Notes under the pieces: generated by a model | What the model saw: only the letters and a program-made list of their open reading frames with translations | Databases searched by the model: none | Told to the model about the DNA's origin: nothing | Program-made: the position numbers and the translations under genes | Assembly: GCA_043228905.1 (NCBI GenBank) | Contig: JBHGNT010000001.1 | Coordinates: 27,776,001-27,840,000, forward strand | Length of the DNA: 64,000 nucleotides | Source: Azolla caroliniana | Lineage: Eukaryota; Plantae; Polypodiophyta | Direction of reading: 5' to 3' | Shown: piece after piece, positions 21,944 to 36,916 of the stretch | How positions within the stretch are numbered: the stretch's first letter is position 1 | Layout of the letters: each line of letters begins with the position of its first letter

Positions 21944-23711
21944 TCAAGTCTTCAAATCTTTATGTGAAACTGAAGCCTCATGTAACTTGATGAGGCATGA
22001 CAACGTGATCTTCCCAGTGTTGTCAGTGTCTAATCGATTAAATTGTCGGCATACTTCCGTAATATCTTTTTCTACTATCTTCCCCATTTGCTTCAATTTG
22101 TACACCACAAAATCTGACTTGCTATCAAAAGAAACCCAAGAAAAAAAATCTGTTATCATTTGTATGCATCGATAGAAACTCAGCGAAAGAAATAACTAGT
22201 TTCTAAGATTGCTGAATGCGAAACAAAGAATTGTAAGGAAATAACCTAATGCAGTCTAGTATAGGTATCTACCTGACACAACCATCATTATCCAAATCTG
22301 CAGCGACAAGATCTCCGAGTGTCATCTCCTTCTCTAACATGAACTTTGCAATTAACCGATGCCGCTTATCGATCTGCGCTTCTGCCAAAAAGATGACCGA
22401 TCGAGCAACAGCTAAAGTGCTTACTAATAGCCATACTGAAGCAAATAGCCGCCCCGAAATCGTCTTAAAGGCATGGTCTCCATATCCCACAGTCGTGACA
22501 GACATGCACGATAAGTAGAACGAATCCAACCAACAAAGACTCTCCAGGAAATGCATCACAACTGCACCCACTCCTATACACATTACCACGACCCCAAAAG
22601 CAAGAGCAACCTTTGATCGAATCCTCATCCTCCCTTTTTTGGTGTCCACTAGATAATTCCGAGCAACATCATGTTGTCCTGAAGCAACAGCGCTCAGAAG
22701 CAGAGCTTCTTGTTTATCCAATACGTAGCTCACCATGCCACTTAAAAGAATGTCTATAAAACCAAACCCAACAAGCACAAAAACGCACGAAAATATCTTT
22801 GCTAGCGGAGTCACTGGAGTGATGTCCCCATATCCAATGGTACACATAGTCACAATGCAAAAGTAGATTGCATCGATAATATAATGTGTTGAGGATCCTG
22901 AAAACTCATCCTCCATGAATGAATAAATCACTACACCGACTGCAAGGTATAGTAAAAGACCTATAAAAGCTTGCGATACAACTGACATTGACGACGATGG
23001 GGATACCACCAGCGCAATGGCGGTTTCTGGTTTCTGCTTTGTTGCGAATTCATTCCTCGATTTGGTAGATTTGGTAGTTAATGCAGGGGCAGTTTTTATC
23101 CTTCTTAGTTGTTTCCTCATGAGCGCATTCAAATCATTGCTGTTGGATTTATCAGACGAATCGGAGTCTGAATACATGTCGATTGTGTGATAGCATTTAT
23201 TGGCTTCTTTTTCTTTTTTCTCTGTTTCATAATCCAATACATTGCTCGTGTCTGAAGAAAAAGACACTTCTTTTTTTTGCTTTGAGGTTTCAGGCACTAT
23301 ATCAAGGTCTAGTCTAGTAAGATCATTCTGAGATTTTAGACCAGTTTTAAGAGAACCCATCACTTCATTATCTACAAAAGAATCATCGAAAGTATTCTCC
23401 TCAGGTTCTTTCAAAGATTCATGACCCTTCACATCGTTCTCTTCCTTTTCTTCTTCAAAACTCAATTGTTCGGGTATGCGAGATCGATCCAGCCATGGAA
23501 ACAAGCATTGTTCTGGTGATCCAAATATAAGCCTTTCCTTGATGGTACTAGGATTAGATGAAAGTATAGCTTTTTCTTCTTTTTCTTCTTCTTTTCCTTC
23601 TTCTTCGTTTCTTTCTCTTTCTTCTTCTTCTTCTTCAAGAGGAGCATCTTCTGGTATAGGGTTCAAATAACTAAAAGCTCTCTTTAAAGACCCAAGAAGG
23701 GGCTCCTCCAT
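21944..23711 (-). CDS. TPK: Two-pore potassium channel (TPK/KCO family, TPK3/5-like)
   Basis: Exons 23711-22273 and 22121-21944 (GT-AG intron 22122-22272). Two pore loops (TIGYGD, TVGYGD), four TMs, C-terminal EF hands (DLDNDGCVS, DTDNTGKIT), 14-3-3-type motif RRIKTAP and N-terminal dileucine EEPLL. Confidence 0.93.
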
Positions 23712-23951
23712 TGCTAGAAACAGACCTGGAAAGAGACAAACAAAAACAGAGAAGAATTACAGGAAGAGATTACTGTATTCTTCCTCTATTTGAGAAAGGA
23801 GCATCGCCCAGGTGGGAAACGGTCCAGATGCAGGCGTTTCGGAAACGGCACATTACGCAGGGGAGAGACAGGGGAGAGCTTTCGCCGAGAAAGCTCTGAT
23901 TCCTTGGCTTCTCATGGGAAGAAGGTTTTGGACGTGAAGTTAGCCATAGTT

Positions 23952-23953
<2 letters not shown>

Positions 23954-23988
<35 letters not shown>
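23954..23988. repeat. (GA)n microsatellite flanked by short taaccatagtt repeats
   Basis: Seen directly, upstream of TPK. Confidence 0.9.
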
Positions 23989-23993
<5 letters not shown>

Positions 23994-26654
23994 ATAGTTA
24001 AATAGCTAACCATTGCTATACTTAACCATAGTTAGACCTAACCATAGTTGAGTTAGTTTATCAAGAGTTGGATCGTCTTGCTCAATGCTAAACTTTCTTC
24101 CCATCTTTGCAATTCATCTCCATCTTTCCATGTCCAACATCTTACGCTCATTAAACATATGGTTTGCACAATTATTGTGGAAACTACTATTCATTGCCTC
24201 GTTAATGATCCGCGTATTCGTTCTGTATGTTTCCTCAATGTTATCTCCGATTCGATTCCCCTGTTACCTACAGTATTGCGGCTCAAATCTTACTGCAATC
24301 ATCATTTTTACTTAGAACCAAAGGTGGATTCGATGTTGCTCAAGTTTTATTCTTGCTACCTAATGGCTCTCAACGGTTTCAAGTCTTCCTATGGTGTCGT
24401 TTCATTTGGTACAATCTTTTGTCAACACAGAGACGGGGATCATCATTGTTGGTGTGGTCCTAGGAATGCTTCTTCTTCCGCCATTCTAAATCCAACATTA
24501 TGTGACAAAACAAGCTCTTCTCTTGCATGCCATGAAACAAGCCTCATATGACTTGATATGCTTACATGTGACTTTAAGATTTCCCTATGGTTAAAAACCG
24601 ATTAAGTCTAAATTCATGTAGTTCGTACCCAAAAAACATGACTTTACAAATCCCTTTCCACAAACCAATGGGGGAAAACTATGCAACATGTCATGGCATC
24701 CTATTGTTTCGTACACTAGATCACACTCTAAAAGAGTTAGAAATTATATGTCACAATATTTATATGTGGATATTCATGTAGAAAATACCCATTTTACAAC
24801 GACAAATAATTCACCTAGCAATGGAGGAGTAACATCATTTAGAGTTTCTCTTATTGGTTGTAGATTAAATTGCAACGTTTGTAGCTTGAAAGGTCATAGT
24901 AAGACAATATTGATTGGGATATATCGACCATATGTTTCCACAATTCCTTCATAGTTTTATTGGATCCAAGAATAGTTTCTCATTGAAATCATTGCTTCAC
25001 ACTTGTGAACCACTTGTTTGCAAAAGTCATTGATGGCATGTTATCCATGTTCTTGGAAAAGTGAGTTCAAAACCATCTGATTGTGCTCATTAGTACAAAT
25101 TTGATAAAGTAAAAATGTTAGATTTTAAACGAGTGTAGAATTGTGAGTGGTCACTGGTTAGACGCTTTTTTTATTTTTATCTCGTGAAAATTAATATGCT
25201 AGCAGCTTTAGAGAGAATATAGCGACTAAATTTAGATAAAAGTGTTGTTTTAATGTGTTTAAACTTCAACATGAATAAAAAATTGTAGTGGGGCACGACT
25301 CTAAATAGAGAATAAATCCAATAGCATGCATGTAGGGATGATTTACGTGTATCGAGGATATTTGAGAAAAAGGTTTGTTTACTTGACATAACACTTGAAT
25401 TATGTGACTCAACATCATATTGTTCCATGATATTTAAAAACTTTTCTTTTAAAACATGCTTCCAATGTGCAGTATACACCATTTAATTTTCATTAATTGA
25501 TATTATTTTTAACCCTAAATCTTCATCACCAATATGCTTGCATTTATTGTTTTGTTCTCGTATGCATCATTGATAAAAATGCAATGTCAACATTCCTTTT
25601 AAGCAAAATCATTACCATTTCAAAGAACATGAAATAATAAGTCGGTCTATGAAGCACAAATTGTTACAACATTAGAAGAACCTTATTTTGAATTAACACA
25701 ACTCTCTAAATCTCAACTCATGCAAACGTGGCTAGTTGCACTTGTTTAGAATTCCCTTTGAAATAAACAAGATGTCTTGTTCATGGAGCCCATTTGTATT
25801 TTTTTTTACAAAATCTAGAATAGTTTTTTGTAAATGAAGTCATATGCCCTTTATGATATCAAGGTTTCTTCATTTAAAAAAGTAGGCAGATTTAACAATC
25901 CGAGACGTAAACCACTTATTTGGACATTGTTGTAATTGTGTCACATCCTAATTTTACATATGAAGTATATAAATTTATCATGTCATTGTAATAGATAGCC
26001 TTTTGGTTGAGGCAAGAGGCCTTTGATATAGCTTTTTACACCATACCGTTAATCAAGAATCAATAAACATGGAACCATAATTATAGACAATATGTAACTT
26101 GCTACACGAAAAATAAATATCATGCGGGGGAACTCATCCATAGTAAGCAGAAGAATATGTGTTTCATGTAATTGCCCAAACATCCTTGAAATCGACGAAA
26201 CAAAATTTACTTGATTGTAACAACACCCCAATTGGCAAGATTCAAGGTAGATATAGTTAGAAAAACTAAGTTTCCTATGAAGTAATAAATTCCGATCCTA
26301 TGAGTAATCCTTCCAACCAAGCTAGTCACGTTTCTATAGTACAAAATGTATCTAATCATGGTTTGGGCTGAGACCTCAAATATGTGTTTTTGTTTGAAAG
26401 GATTTGTAAGGCCAACTATGAACTAAAAGCATATGATTGATCCTCACACCCATTTCATGCAATAATGCAAGCACAAGGGTATGATAAAACATAAGCCAAT
26501 GAATCTACTTTTTAAAGCGGCCTTTATCAACCTCACACGCACATTGTTTTATATTTAGCATGCATTTACTAGTGGGAAACCTCAAAATGAATGCAATTAT
26601 GCAAAGAATATATGCAACAAGTCATACTAGAAAATAAGACATAAAAGTTGAGTT

Positions 26655-28010
26655 GCACACATGTGCCTACTACTTGTGGGATCACACATGTTGAACAATT
26701 GAGCTTGACATCTCAACACGCCTCTTCAAGATCAAGTGTGTAGTATTATCAAGTGATTGACAAACTTGGATTGCTTTGGCTCTTTTATTTAATCCTCCTC
26801 AAGGTCAATGAATTAAATGGTCATAGACATAGAGCCATTGAAATTTGCCCAAGCTTGTACACACCAATCACTTTGCTAAGGATATCCATCAACGAGAGAG
26901 TAAGATCCCTCGACGAATGTGCATGATTTCAATACCAATGAATTATTGAAGCTCAACCATATCATTCAATGTTGTCTTTGTAGTGTGTAGAGACTTCACC
27001 TTGTGCAAAGAATACCAGTTCTCCTCTAATTATTAGGTCGCAAACATACTAGGGGTTGTACATACCATTGTGAGAGTACACAAGCATATAGAGGTTGGTG
27101 TTTGATTTGTAGGTGCCCAAGCTAGTGTCATGTAGGAATCATGTGATCTTCGAGTTCCGTGCACTTGATGGTTGATTGAGACCGCATAAAGGCCTCTTGA
27201 GCCGGCATATTGCACGCACATAGGATAACAACTTGAATTTGGGTGGTTATTGCACATAGACCTCTTTTGAAGCTCTCCTTGAAGGAAGGTATTCTTTATG
27301 TCTATTTTGTGAGAATTCACAATAAAATAAAGGGAGTTATTTGATTTGTATATGCAGAGAAACACAAAATAGATGAATTTTTTATCCTATTCGGAGAGAA
27401 CACTGTAATATGGTATGTACCATCCTTCTAAACATACTATGATGGTTTTGTTGCTTCTCATTTGACTCAAATCAATGCAACAACATGAGAGAATGGAATT
27501 ACGTACGATGGAATGATTCACAATTTGTCTGAGAATCGAGCCGTCCTGCATTTTTTGCTAAGACAGTGTGCGAGGGGTGCATAAAGTCAGCTGCTCACAT
27601 CCAACACTCTTGGTGTTTTCTTGAGACAACAAGAGATCATTGAGCAATATACCATTAACAACTTAAACCGAGTGTTTGTTGCATATAGAACTCTTATCAA
27701 GTTATGTTTGAAGGTATTCTTTACATCCATTTTTGTGGAGGTGTGACCCCTTTCGCTATGTCAAGAGCCTTGTCTTTGTCAATTCCACCACATCAGTCAA
27801 TACTTGAGTGTGCATCTAGGTCATTAATCAAGCTCAAAGTTGGGTTGGTGAGTTGAAGTTCCTTGATGCCACAATGCTATTTTATCAAACATGACATCTC
27901 AACTTACATGATCTTAGCACTTGTAACCCTATCATTCAAGCGAATAGATCATATACATGCACCCACTACTTGTGTGGTCACACACGTGCTAGACAATTGA
28001 GCTACACACG
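26655..28010 (-). mobile_element. Internally deleted, decayed Ty1/Copia element
   Basis: Minus strand: VS.DV.FD (integrase end, about 27900), MDVKNTF (about 27730), IDIKNTFLQGEL...GLY (about 27300-27190), DIL.K and KF.WL (RNase H end, about 26850), and a PPT-like ttgaagaggcgtgttgaga at about 26710-26730. Similar LTR-like segments at 26655-26710 and 27955-28008. Confidence 0.7.
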
Positions 28011-28906
28011 TGTGCCCATGTCATAGCCATAACATTAGTCACCAATCTAACATTGTAAGAACTTCATACGAACAATGCTAGAAATTAGCTCTCTTGTTGA
28101 TTGTTGATGAATGCAATATAACTTAAAGGATGTACTACAAAAATGTGATCATCATATTTTGTATGGTGTATATGAAGTAACTTGATCCAATTTAATTACG
28201 CATATAGGAGTTTAATTGTCTCTCTACCTTAAACCCTCTTATATGGTTTGACACACTCTTGATGAAGAAAGGGAATCTCAATATAGAGTAGTGTAGGGGA
28301 TCTCAAGGATTAGGAACACCTTATGTTGCTTCACATTCACACACACGGACACATTCTAAATTTTGTTAATTTATAACTTTATTAACATATATTTTCATTC
28401 TATTCATTCACTTCTCTAACTTTCTGTATTTATATTTCCTATCTTTTTCACAGCATATAATTTCCTAACCGAGACTTCTATTAAATTTATGTGTCCCAAT
28501 CATCTAGACATAACACATCGTAAGACATCGTAATCTTCTAGTTAGTTCAAGCTATTTCAAAAGAACATGGTAGATGTTGAAGCTATCGTGTAGAATCGAT
28601 TTGTAGTGTTGGGGTCGAAAAGCCATAATTGCACATGTCCATCCGCGTATATATAACAACATAGTACAAGTTTGTTGTTTGTGTAACAAGGGTCTCTCTC
28701 CCTCCCTCCCTCTTCCTCTCTCTCTCAAACAACACGCACACAAAATTTGCTTATTCTAGAAGGCAAATTGGGTTCAAGGCTCAACTCACACGCCTCTTTA
28801 TTATACCAAACATGTTTTTCTTCATTTACTAGATATCACACTAGAATGTAAGAGTTGAATGCATGGCCTTCTAAGTCTCCACCTCACAACCTTACCAACT
28901 AAGCTA

Positions 28907-28909
<3 letters not shown>

Positions 28910-28947
<38 letters not shown>
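28910..28947. repeat. (CT)n microsatellite
   Basis: Seen directly. Confidence 0.95.
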
Positions 28948-28948
<1 letters not shown>

Positions 28949-28960
28949 GTGAAACACATA

Positions 28961-29100
28961 ATTATATTAATAAATGTGTGCAAAAAACACTACAACGATA
29001 CCACAATTGAATGGTGTCACCCTCTAGGGAAAACATATGATTATATTAATAAATTTGTACAAAAATACTACAATGGTACCACAATTGAATGGTGTCAACA
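28961..29100. repeat. Direct repeat of about 58 bp x2
   Basis: attatattaataaat.tgt.caaaaa..ctacaa.g.taccacaattgaatggtgtca twice. Confidence 0.85.
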
Positions 29101-29189
29101 CTACATGGGTATTTTGACATGTTGAATCGCCAATAGGAAAGAAAACTCTCCACCAAATAATTTTCTTGACTTGCTCCAAATTTTTTTTA

Positions 29190-29500
29190 TCACATCAATA
29201 CTCCCTTCAACTTTCGTAAATATGCTCTAACTCCATGTCTACTACCATATGATACAAAAGCATTGCATATATCCAATTATGAGGCAATTCCTAATACCTT
29301 GCGAAAAGGGAAAACAATATCCATCTTTGATCTTGGATGGAGCAATGTAAATTGTGTAATTAATAGCCAACGTATGACATCAAATAGCAACATGAAAAAC
29401 CTATGAAATGTAACCCCAAATGTCTTACGAGCAATCGAACATTGTATGAAAGGATTAGTACTTCTACTTGAACTTTGCAAAAGAAGCGATTGCATGTATC
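29190..29500 (-). mobile_element. Decayed Copia RNase H and PPT remnant
   Basis: Fragments resemble SS.EAEY...WL..LL...DN..AI...H.RSK.IDI, followed by a purine tract gttgaagggagtattga. Confidence 0.45.
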
Positions 29501-32449
29501 TAGTTCATTTCTTTCTCTATCTCTCTAAGAAAATAACTTTAGTATGTATATTAAAATATCTCAACAGTGCACAAACCACTTAGTGATGACCATTCTACAA
29601 TAGTAAGATTCTTTCTAGGAACATAAGCTGATTTAAGGTGTTGGTGGAATAGCTAACATAAAGGTAAATCCTCTATGGGCCAAGTCCAAAGTAAATGGCA
29701 TGTGTAATGCTCACTTTTATTTATTTGTTGTTTTCTAGAAATCGAGGAAGTGCTTGAAGTTTTTGCTTTGTTTTTAAATTGAAAAGTTTAATTGAAATGG
29801 AGGAAATCACAGCTATATAAAACTCGAGCAATTAACTATCATCAACAGAAAATAGAAAGGTGAATGACAACAATACTTTATGACAATAACAGAATAAAAT
29901 AAAGCGGACTTAACGTTGATCATATATGTTCTATAGCAACTAATGCTCCCCATTCATGTTAAGAGTGAACTAGAATGCACAATAAAAGATGTTGAAGATT
30001 ATGCATATTTCTCATGATAGCGATGCCTAACACTTCCATGACTAAACAAATTTAGCTATATATTGTGAGTTTATGCTAGTGTTCTAACAATGGACAATTA
30101 TATTGGCAATTCTTGTAAAAAGCTATATATTAATCCCATGTGTCAAAGAGGAATGCACGTTTAAGCCACACCATGGGATGAATTACAAACATTAACAAAA
30201 GTACTCATATATGTATTTAGTCATCCAATAACGAAGTATTTGCACCATAATTTAAGATTGGTATATAGTCCTTTACCAATTGAATATGATGGTGATTTAA
30301 ATTTTTTTACCAAAAAAACACTACTTCACATTAGTTAGTTAATAATGGTGATATTTGATTTGAAGTTGTAAGATGTCAGGATCAATATTGCTTACATAAG
30401 AACAATGTCTTGCAATATTTGTTTTTATCCAGATTAAGAAATAGACATTATCCTATGCTATTAAAGCTCAAGTGTATGGTTATAACTTATAATGATGCAT
30501 GTTAGAGATATAACAAAATCGACTTGCATAACTTTGTCAGACAATTACTATTAAAGCTTTATGGTGCGTTTTCGATTCAAAGGAGGAATTCGACTAAAGA
30601 TAGTATTATTGTATATTCACTAAAGCAATGTGACTGAATTTTAAAATACTTCACTAACAAGGAAATCTTAGATTTTCTTCATAAACAACAAAAACAATGA
30701 TAAATGTGCTTGTGCTGGCCAAAAACAGGCATGTTGATATATATGTGTGCACCTCACAAGAATCTAAGATTATGTTCTGATGTATCTTCACAATATATGC
30801 TTCAATGATGTTTTCATTTCTCAATGTAGATATTAAACTATATGAGTATTTTAAAGGGTGCATAATGGATGGATGTATCATAAAAGAATGCATTAAAAAA
30901 TTTAGAGTGACGTAATTGGGGCACCCCTCCCCCCATTGAATCAAAGGTTTGAAAGGAATCAATAGTGTTTCCTAAGTGAACAGATGTTTTCGTGTATTAT
31001 AATTGATGTACATAACAAGCACAATGTACTCAATGAACCACTTTAAGGACACAAATATATATATATTATGCCAAGATTGCCACATGAAATACCATATTAC
31101 CATGCACAATGTATAAGGCTGTTGAAGACACGAAACTATAGCCAATCATGGCACTGTTTGGTGCTCGACACACTACAAAATATAATAAATTAACTTTAAT
31201 AAGGAGAGCACAAACGAGTCGTTTAAGTGCGGATGTATTGCATTTCAAATACCTATCGAGGAACCAACAAGTTGTGGGCTTTACACCACTTAGGTGAAGG
31301 CGAGTGGGTTTTGTTTATACTAAATTCTAATATGAATACCTTTAGTATATTATAAAGGCCTTACTTGTATGTATATGTACATTGAGTGTGTGCATAGATA
31401 TGTATATATATGAAGATAGAGAAAGCCATAAGAGCCAATGAATGAACACTCCCGAGCTATAATGGCTATAAGGACCTTCTTCACTACCAGACCTTCTATT
31501 GGTAACATAGCTCCTTCTTCTTCTAGTAACATTAACCAACATAGATATAGCCATGGTCGAGGACCAGCCCCCCTTAAAGAACAACCCACAAGCACCCACC
31601 CTTTCATTGGTGTCAATAGAGCTCCTAAGAAAACCCAGCATAAAGAAAAGAATGAATTCCAACCATTTTCTCATGAACAAGAAGAACCAATTGATGATGC
31701 CATAAGAGGCTACGAAGGAAGCTCATGTAGAACTAACTTTAGAGGCACAGGTAATTCTAGCTACAAGAAATTTAGTAGGGTATTGGAGAAACTCATGAGC
31801 CAGAAGGAGAAGAAGAAGCAGAGCAAGAGTTATGATATTGGTAGGAGGGGGGATCTAACCATAATAGGGAGCCCAAATGGATGCTCTCCATTGAAGCTCC
31901 AAGAACAAAACAATAAGAAGAAGAAGCAGCATGTTGGTATGCATGATAATGAGAAGGTGCACAACCATGGTGATGTGGGTTTGATTTGGTGTCCTTACTT
32001 AGAGTGTTGGCTTGGGCTTCTCCTATGCTTGTTTTCCTTTCACACTAGTAATCATCCCTCTAGTGGACTCCTCGTTTCTGTCCTTGTTCTCACCTCTTGG
32101 TGGTATATGGCCGCCCAATTCCGCCCCGCACCCAATTGCTCGCCCGTCCATTCCTTGTGTCAAACCCCCACCAATCTATCCCACCTCCCACAATGCATGC
32201 ACTTGCCATCCTCACCTCCTCCACTACTTATTGACCGAAATTTAAGGCCCCAGCTGCCTACCCAACGTCGTTGTAGGTCGTTCTATATTCGACGATCACA
32301 ACCACTATCAATGGTTCGGGCTTCCTCTATTCAGGTCTTTCAAACTTAACTCCCATCACAACACCCTATTTGCCCCTAAGGGTAGTCCTACTTTATCAAC
32401 TAGTCCACAATGGTCTACGACACCATGATTCACATAGTCCTTGCACTAG

Positions 32450-32750
32450 AAGAATACTTTTGTAGACTCCATGAAGAGATATTTACAACTCTTCTCCTTC
32501 AAGAAGATAAAGGAAGAAGATAAGTTCCATCTTCCAAAACTATCATGATTTGTGGAGATGTACTTCCATGGCATTGTTGGACGAAAGAATGTTTCATCTT
32601 GACATGACAAAAGTAAATCACAATGACATTGTCGAGCAAAATGTACTCCAATCTCATTTTCAAACAAAAGAATGGTGTGCTCAAAAAGCATGGCATTTGA
32701 GAAAGACAGCCCATAGCAAAGAAGGATGGGAGTCATATGTGTAGCTTGAG
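32450..32750 (+). mobile_element. Copia integrase core remnant
   Basis: gatttgtggagatgtacttcc (D.GGE.TS-like) and caaaagaatggtgtgctcaaaaag (QNGVAE+K-like). Confidence 0.45.
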
Positions 32751-34106
32751 AGCATGGGAGATGAATAAAAAATAAATTAAAATCTGTAATTTAAAACCAA
32801 TTTCATAAATTACATGGCTTAATTGTAAATAATGCTTAGCAGCATGGAGAATTTTGTTTTGGCTTTACCCAGCATACATGATGAAAAACCTGTAACACTT
32901 ATAAACTAACTAGAAATGGCAAACTTATCAATGTTCTGGAACAATAAAAAGGCAATGTTGGATTATCATTTAAGTAATATCCAATTACTACATTATTCTC
33001 GTGCATAAAAGAAAGTCCATGTGCATGAGAGCATGACCCATGGTCTTAACCATGTAAGAATAAACTAATCTTTTCAACGCTATAAAAGCATGAAAATAAT
33101 AATGTTTAGGACCGACAAGAAACTTTGGTACTCCCTAAAACAAGAACTTCCATAATGTGAGAGAACAGCTTTCTCATTTATACTATACAATTAGAAAATA
33201 TCTATGGAAATCTAGGCATTAAGACTATGTTTTAGGAAACTCCAAAATTTCTTCAAATACAAGAACCCAAAGTCAACTCCTTCGTATTGAACATATGGCA
33301 TGTTGGTCATTGATGATGTTTACACAATCCTTCTAGCTAACTTGTAGCTGTTGTGTCAACACTGCCTAACCATTTAAGTCCCTCGTCTACTTGGTTGCAC
33401 ATCCTCCATCTAGCAATGCTCGTCATAAGATTACAATATCCTTTTATGTAAGGTTGGATAATCTTTTATTTCATAACACAACATGATACTTCTGGTTGAA
33501 AGCGAATCATTAAAGATGCATTTGAGGTCCAGCCTCAACCCACTTCTTCTCTATATCCAAGGTAAAAGTAGGTTCGAGAAACCATCAATAACAAGTAGGA
33601 AAGTCGGACTTATGGAATTATGGAGATTTAACAATGGCATGTGACCAATCTGATAAATTATTCAAAATAGTGGAAACAGTATATAACCAAATGGATATTC
33701 ATATGGATGACTATTTAAGATTAATATACTTATATCTTACAAGTAACCACGAACCAAGACTAATTGACAACATATGGCAGATGAATAGATACATTACAAT
33801 GTAAAACAATACTCAAAACATGTGTGGTCTTAAGCTCTATATGAATATGCATCACTCCGGACTCACATGAATCATCTGATCTAGAAATTTAAAAAATGGA
33901 TCTGTATATGTATAAATGAACAAAATGTTACATGGACAGGAATCTTATTCAAGAGAGAGATTCAGCATCGAGGGGTTGTGCAATTGTGATGAATTTTCTG
34001 CTATTCTTAAGGCAGTGAAAATGCTCGTTAATGCAAACTCCACAGACCCCCAGACCCCCTTCCCAAGGAAACAAGAACGAATTCTTGGCAAAATCAATTG
34101 CTCATA

Positions 34107-36916
34107 CTATTTTGAGTTACCATTCTCAAGGTCGATATTGGCACCGCTCTGGAGAAGGGCTACTGCATCATCATTGGTGAAACTAGTCTGATTAAGAAAC
34201 AGAACAGGTTGAGGGGCAACTTCAGCCCTCTTTTCCTTCTCAACTGCCCAACTGTAAACTACCATTCCCAATACTGCCGTCAACATGCCTATGATGTTCT
34301 TTGTCGTCAGGACTGAATCGAGTAAAATCCAACCCAACACAAGCACACACACAGTCTTCATGTGACCTAAAACTTGGTAACTTACAGCTGAGAACCTCCC
34401 AATGCAAAGGTATTGGCTGGTGTTGCAAAATACTGCCAATACGCATGATAACCCTATGAAAATCTGTACAAACCAAAGAGTAAAAAGGAGACCAAAGCAA
34501 TAAATGAAAACAAAATGTTCTCTTAGTAAAATTTAGAGAACCAGAAGTGCTTTTCTATTGATTTTTTGGCATTTTAATTTTGTGTTATTACTTACAATAG
34601 AGCCAGCTGAGAAAGGATACTCCAAGATATTTTGGCCATTCAAAATGTAGTCTATGAAAGGTCCTACGAATAATAGGGACATGGCTTGCAAAGGCGCAGT
34701 TTGCTTGAGCAAGTCAAAAGACTTGACTGAGTACTTCTTCTGGAATGACCCAATATACTGAAAAAAGAGACAGATTTCTCGTCAATCAGGACTACTTGCG
34801 AACATGAACAATCAAATGGGTTAAAAGCATAGAATGTGAACTATATCATAACTTATGTATGGGGGTAAGTGTAAGATGGTTAAATCAGTATGCATATTGT
34901 GAATTATACCAAACTATTGAACTCTTAATATCTCTATAGTAGTTAGTTGGTGTTCATGGAAACCTACGCCATTTTGTGTTTTTAACTTGTTATGTCACTT
35001 GAGAGAAATATCATTTATGATTTCTTCACTGGCAAGGTCAGAAAAGGTACTCCACAGCTTCATAGTTGGTGTTGATGAGCACTAAATCATTGAGACACCC
35101 TTCTATGTTACTATGCTTTAATGTTTCTATTGAGACTCTTATACCTTCATAATTGATGTTCATGGACATTTAACTATTTGAGACAGCCTTCTATGGTTTA
35201 ACACATAAGATGAGTTTGGGAAATGTTTGCAAGACAGATAGGTGGGCACTTACAATTTGTTGCAAGGATGAGCAAAGCACGGCCATGACCGAAGCAACAA
35301 AACCTCCAAGGTTGATATGTACGTGAGTTACGGTGCATATGCCTATGCCAAAGACCACAACCACTATGGCTGACTTGATCTCTTTGGTGTATGTTTTGCT
35401 ATGAAGTATCCATTCCAGAACACATACCACTGGTATCATGCTCAATTTTGATATCTATAAATAATTACCCAAAAGACTCAGTAAACTAGCTATACAGTTG
35501 GTCCAATCTTTCTTCTGAAAATGTGCATTCAAATACCTGATAAAATCCGACAGAATTTAGCATAAGGCTTAGATTCATGCAGACTATGGATGAATTACCA
35601 ATGAAAGAGAACCACAGGAGGTCATTGAAAGGCACAGTCTCCTTTAATACTTCTCCCGATATGGATGAAGATATATAGCCCACTATTGCTGTGACCGTAA
35701 AATGGAAGGCAGTGAGGCTAGTTGCTGCATCCACAACATGATTACTTTAGTTTTTGAAGCATATCAAAGAAATTGACATCCTTTTTAATATTACAGTAAT
35801 GTCCTTTGAAAGGCTGAATGGTCTTGGCTTGGCTCATATCACGACATGAATGAAAAAAGCATGCAGAAGACACATTAGTTTAAAATCCTTAATTAGGCTG
35901 GATAATCTTGTCTTGCTTTACATCATCACAACATGAATGATGAAAGGCTTATTATGTAACATGATTTATAAATTATAAGCTGTCAAAATCTTGTCAAAAT
36001 CCTGTAGTTCTCAGAAAAAAATACAAAAAAGCTATTGAAAAGGCAAATATTATGGAGAAACTCTCCATTGTTCCATTTCTATCATATGCATACTCACTCT
36101 TTATGTAGGAGATTTGTGTGACGCCTAACCATCGGAGGATTTGTGTCTACTATGCTTGGCAAAAGAGAGGGTGACATACTCCATTTTTTTAAGCCTTTCG
36201 GTTTAGAGAACTGAATAAATGTGTCACTTTTTTGTTACTATCTGTCTTCGTTATAATCAATCACAAAAGCACCCTACGTTTGATGGATTTAGGAAAAAGA
36301 AATGATTAAGGTACCAAAAAAACTTGATATATCCCAAAACATGGAGTGTACACTGACCACATTTAAGGACCTACTAGATACAAGTCCTAAATATTGCATT
36401 TGATGGATCTACATGAGCTAAAAGTGGTGCAATTGATGGATCTACAACATCCAAATGAAATGTGTAGCATTTGATGGATATACAAAAACCAAATGATATG
36501 TGTTGATTCATAGAGTGCATTTACTTGCACATTTCATAGATTTCAATAACCCAGTGTTAATTCGTGATCTATTCATTTATTTACATTATGCTATAGTGAT
36601 TTATAATGCATATAATTACAACATGAAATCACATCAAAAGTAGCTTTGTTTAGATATCCTACTGGATAAATTTTTAGTTCTTAATCACATCATCACAACA
36701 TGAAACCACATCAAGCGGACATTAATGTAGAGCTACAAAGTAGAGAAGAAGAGAAATAAGATTACCGAATCTGAAAGCATAGCCTGTGTGGGACATGACC
36801 TGTTTGTTGACCATGATGATGCCCACTGAGCTTATGATGTTCATGCCCCATGCGCCCACATCGCCCAACAGATCCTCTCTCTTCTTTATCATCTCCACCT
36901 CAACTTTGTCCGCCAT
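34107..36916 (-). CDS. URGT: Golgi nucleotide-sugar transporter, UDP-rhamnose/UDP-galactose transporter-like (TPT/NST family), 352 aa
   Basis: Five exons: 36916-36766, 35724-35537, 35454-35254, 34757-34596, 34463-34107. All introns GT-AG with consistent phases. Motifs DVGAWGMNIISSVGIIMVNKQ, NLSLMLNSVGFYQISKL and CIGRFSAVSYQVLGHMKT. Confidence 0.92.

Noticed and set aside
24078-24551. 157-aa ORF and overlapping small ORFs
   Set aside because: No domain. Probably antisense to a decayed LINE fragment; similarity too weak to annotate.
31438-32349. 303-aa plus-strand ORF
   Set aside because: No recognisable domain. It looks like a patchwork of low-complexity gag-like sequence and an antisense zinc-knuckle-like relic (GKCMHCG on the minus strand, about 32200) next to a Copia integrase remnant. 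Probably TE debris, but a de novo ORF cannot be excluded without expression data.
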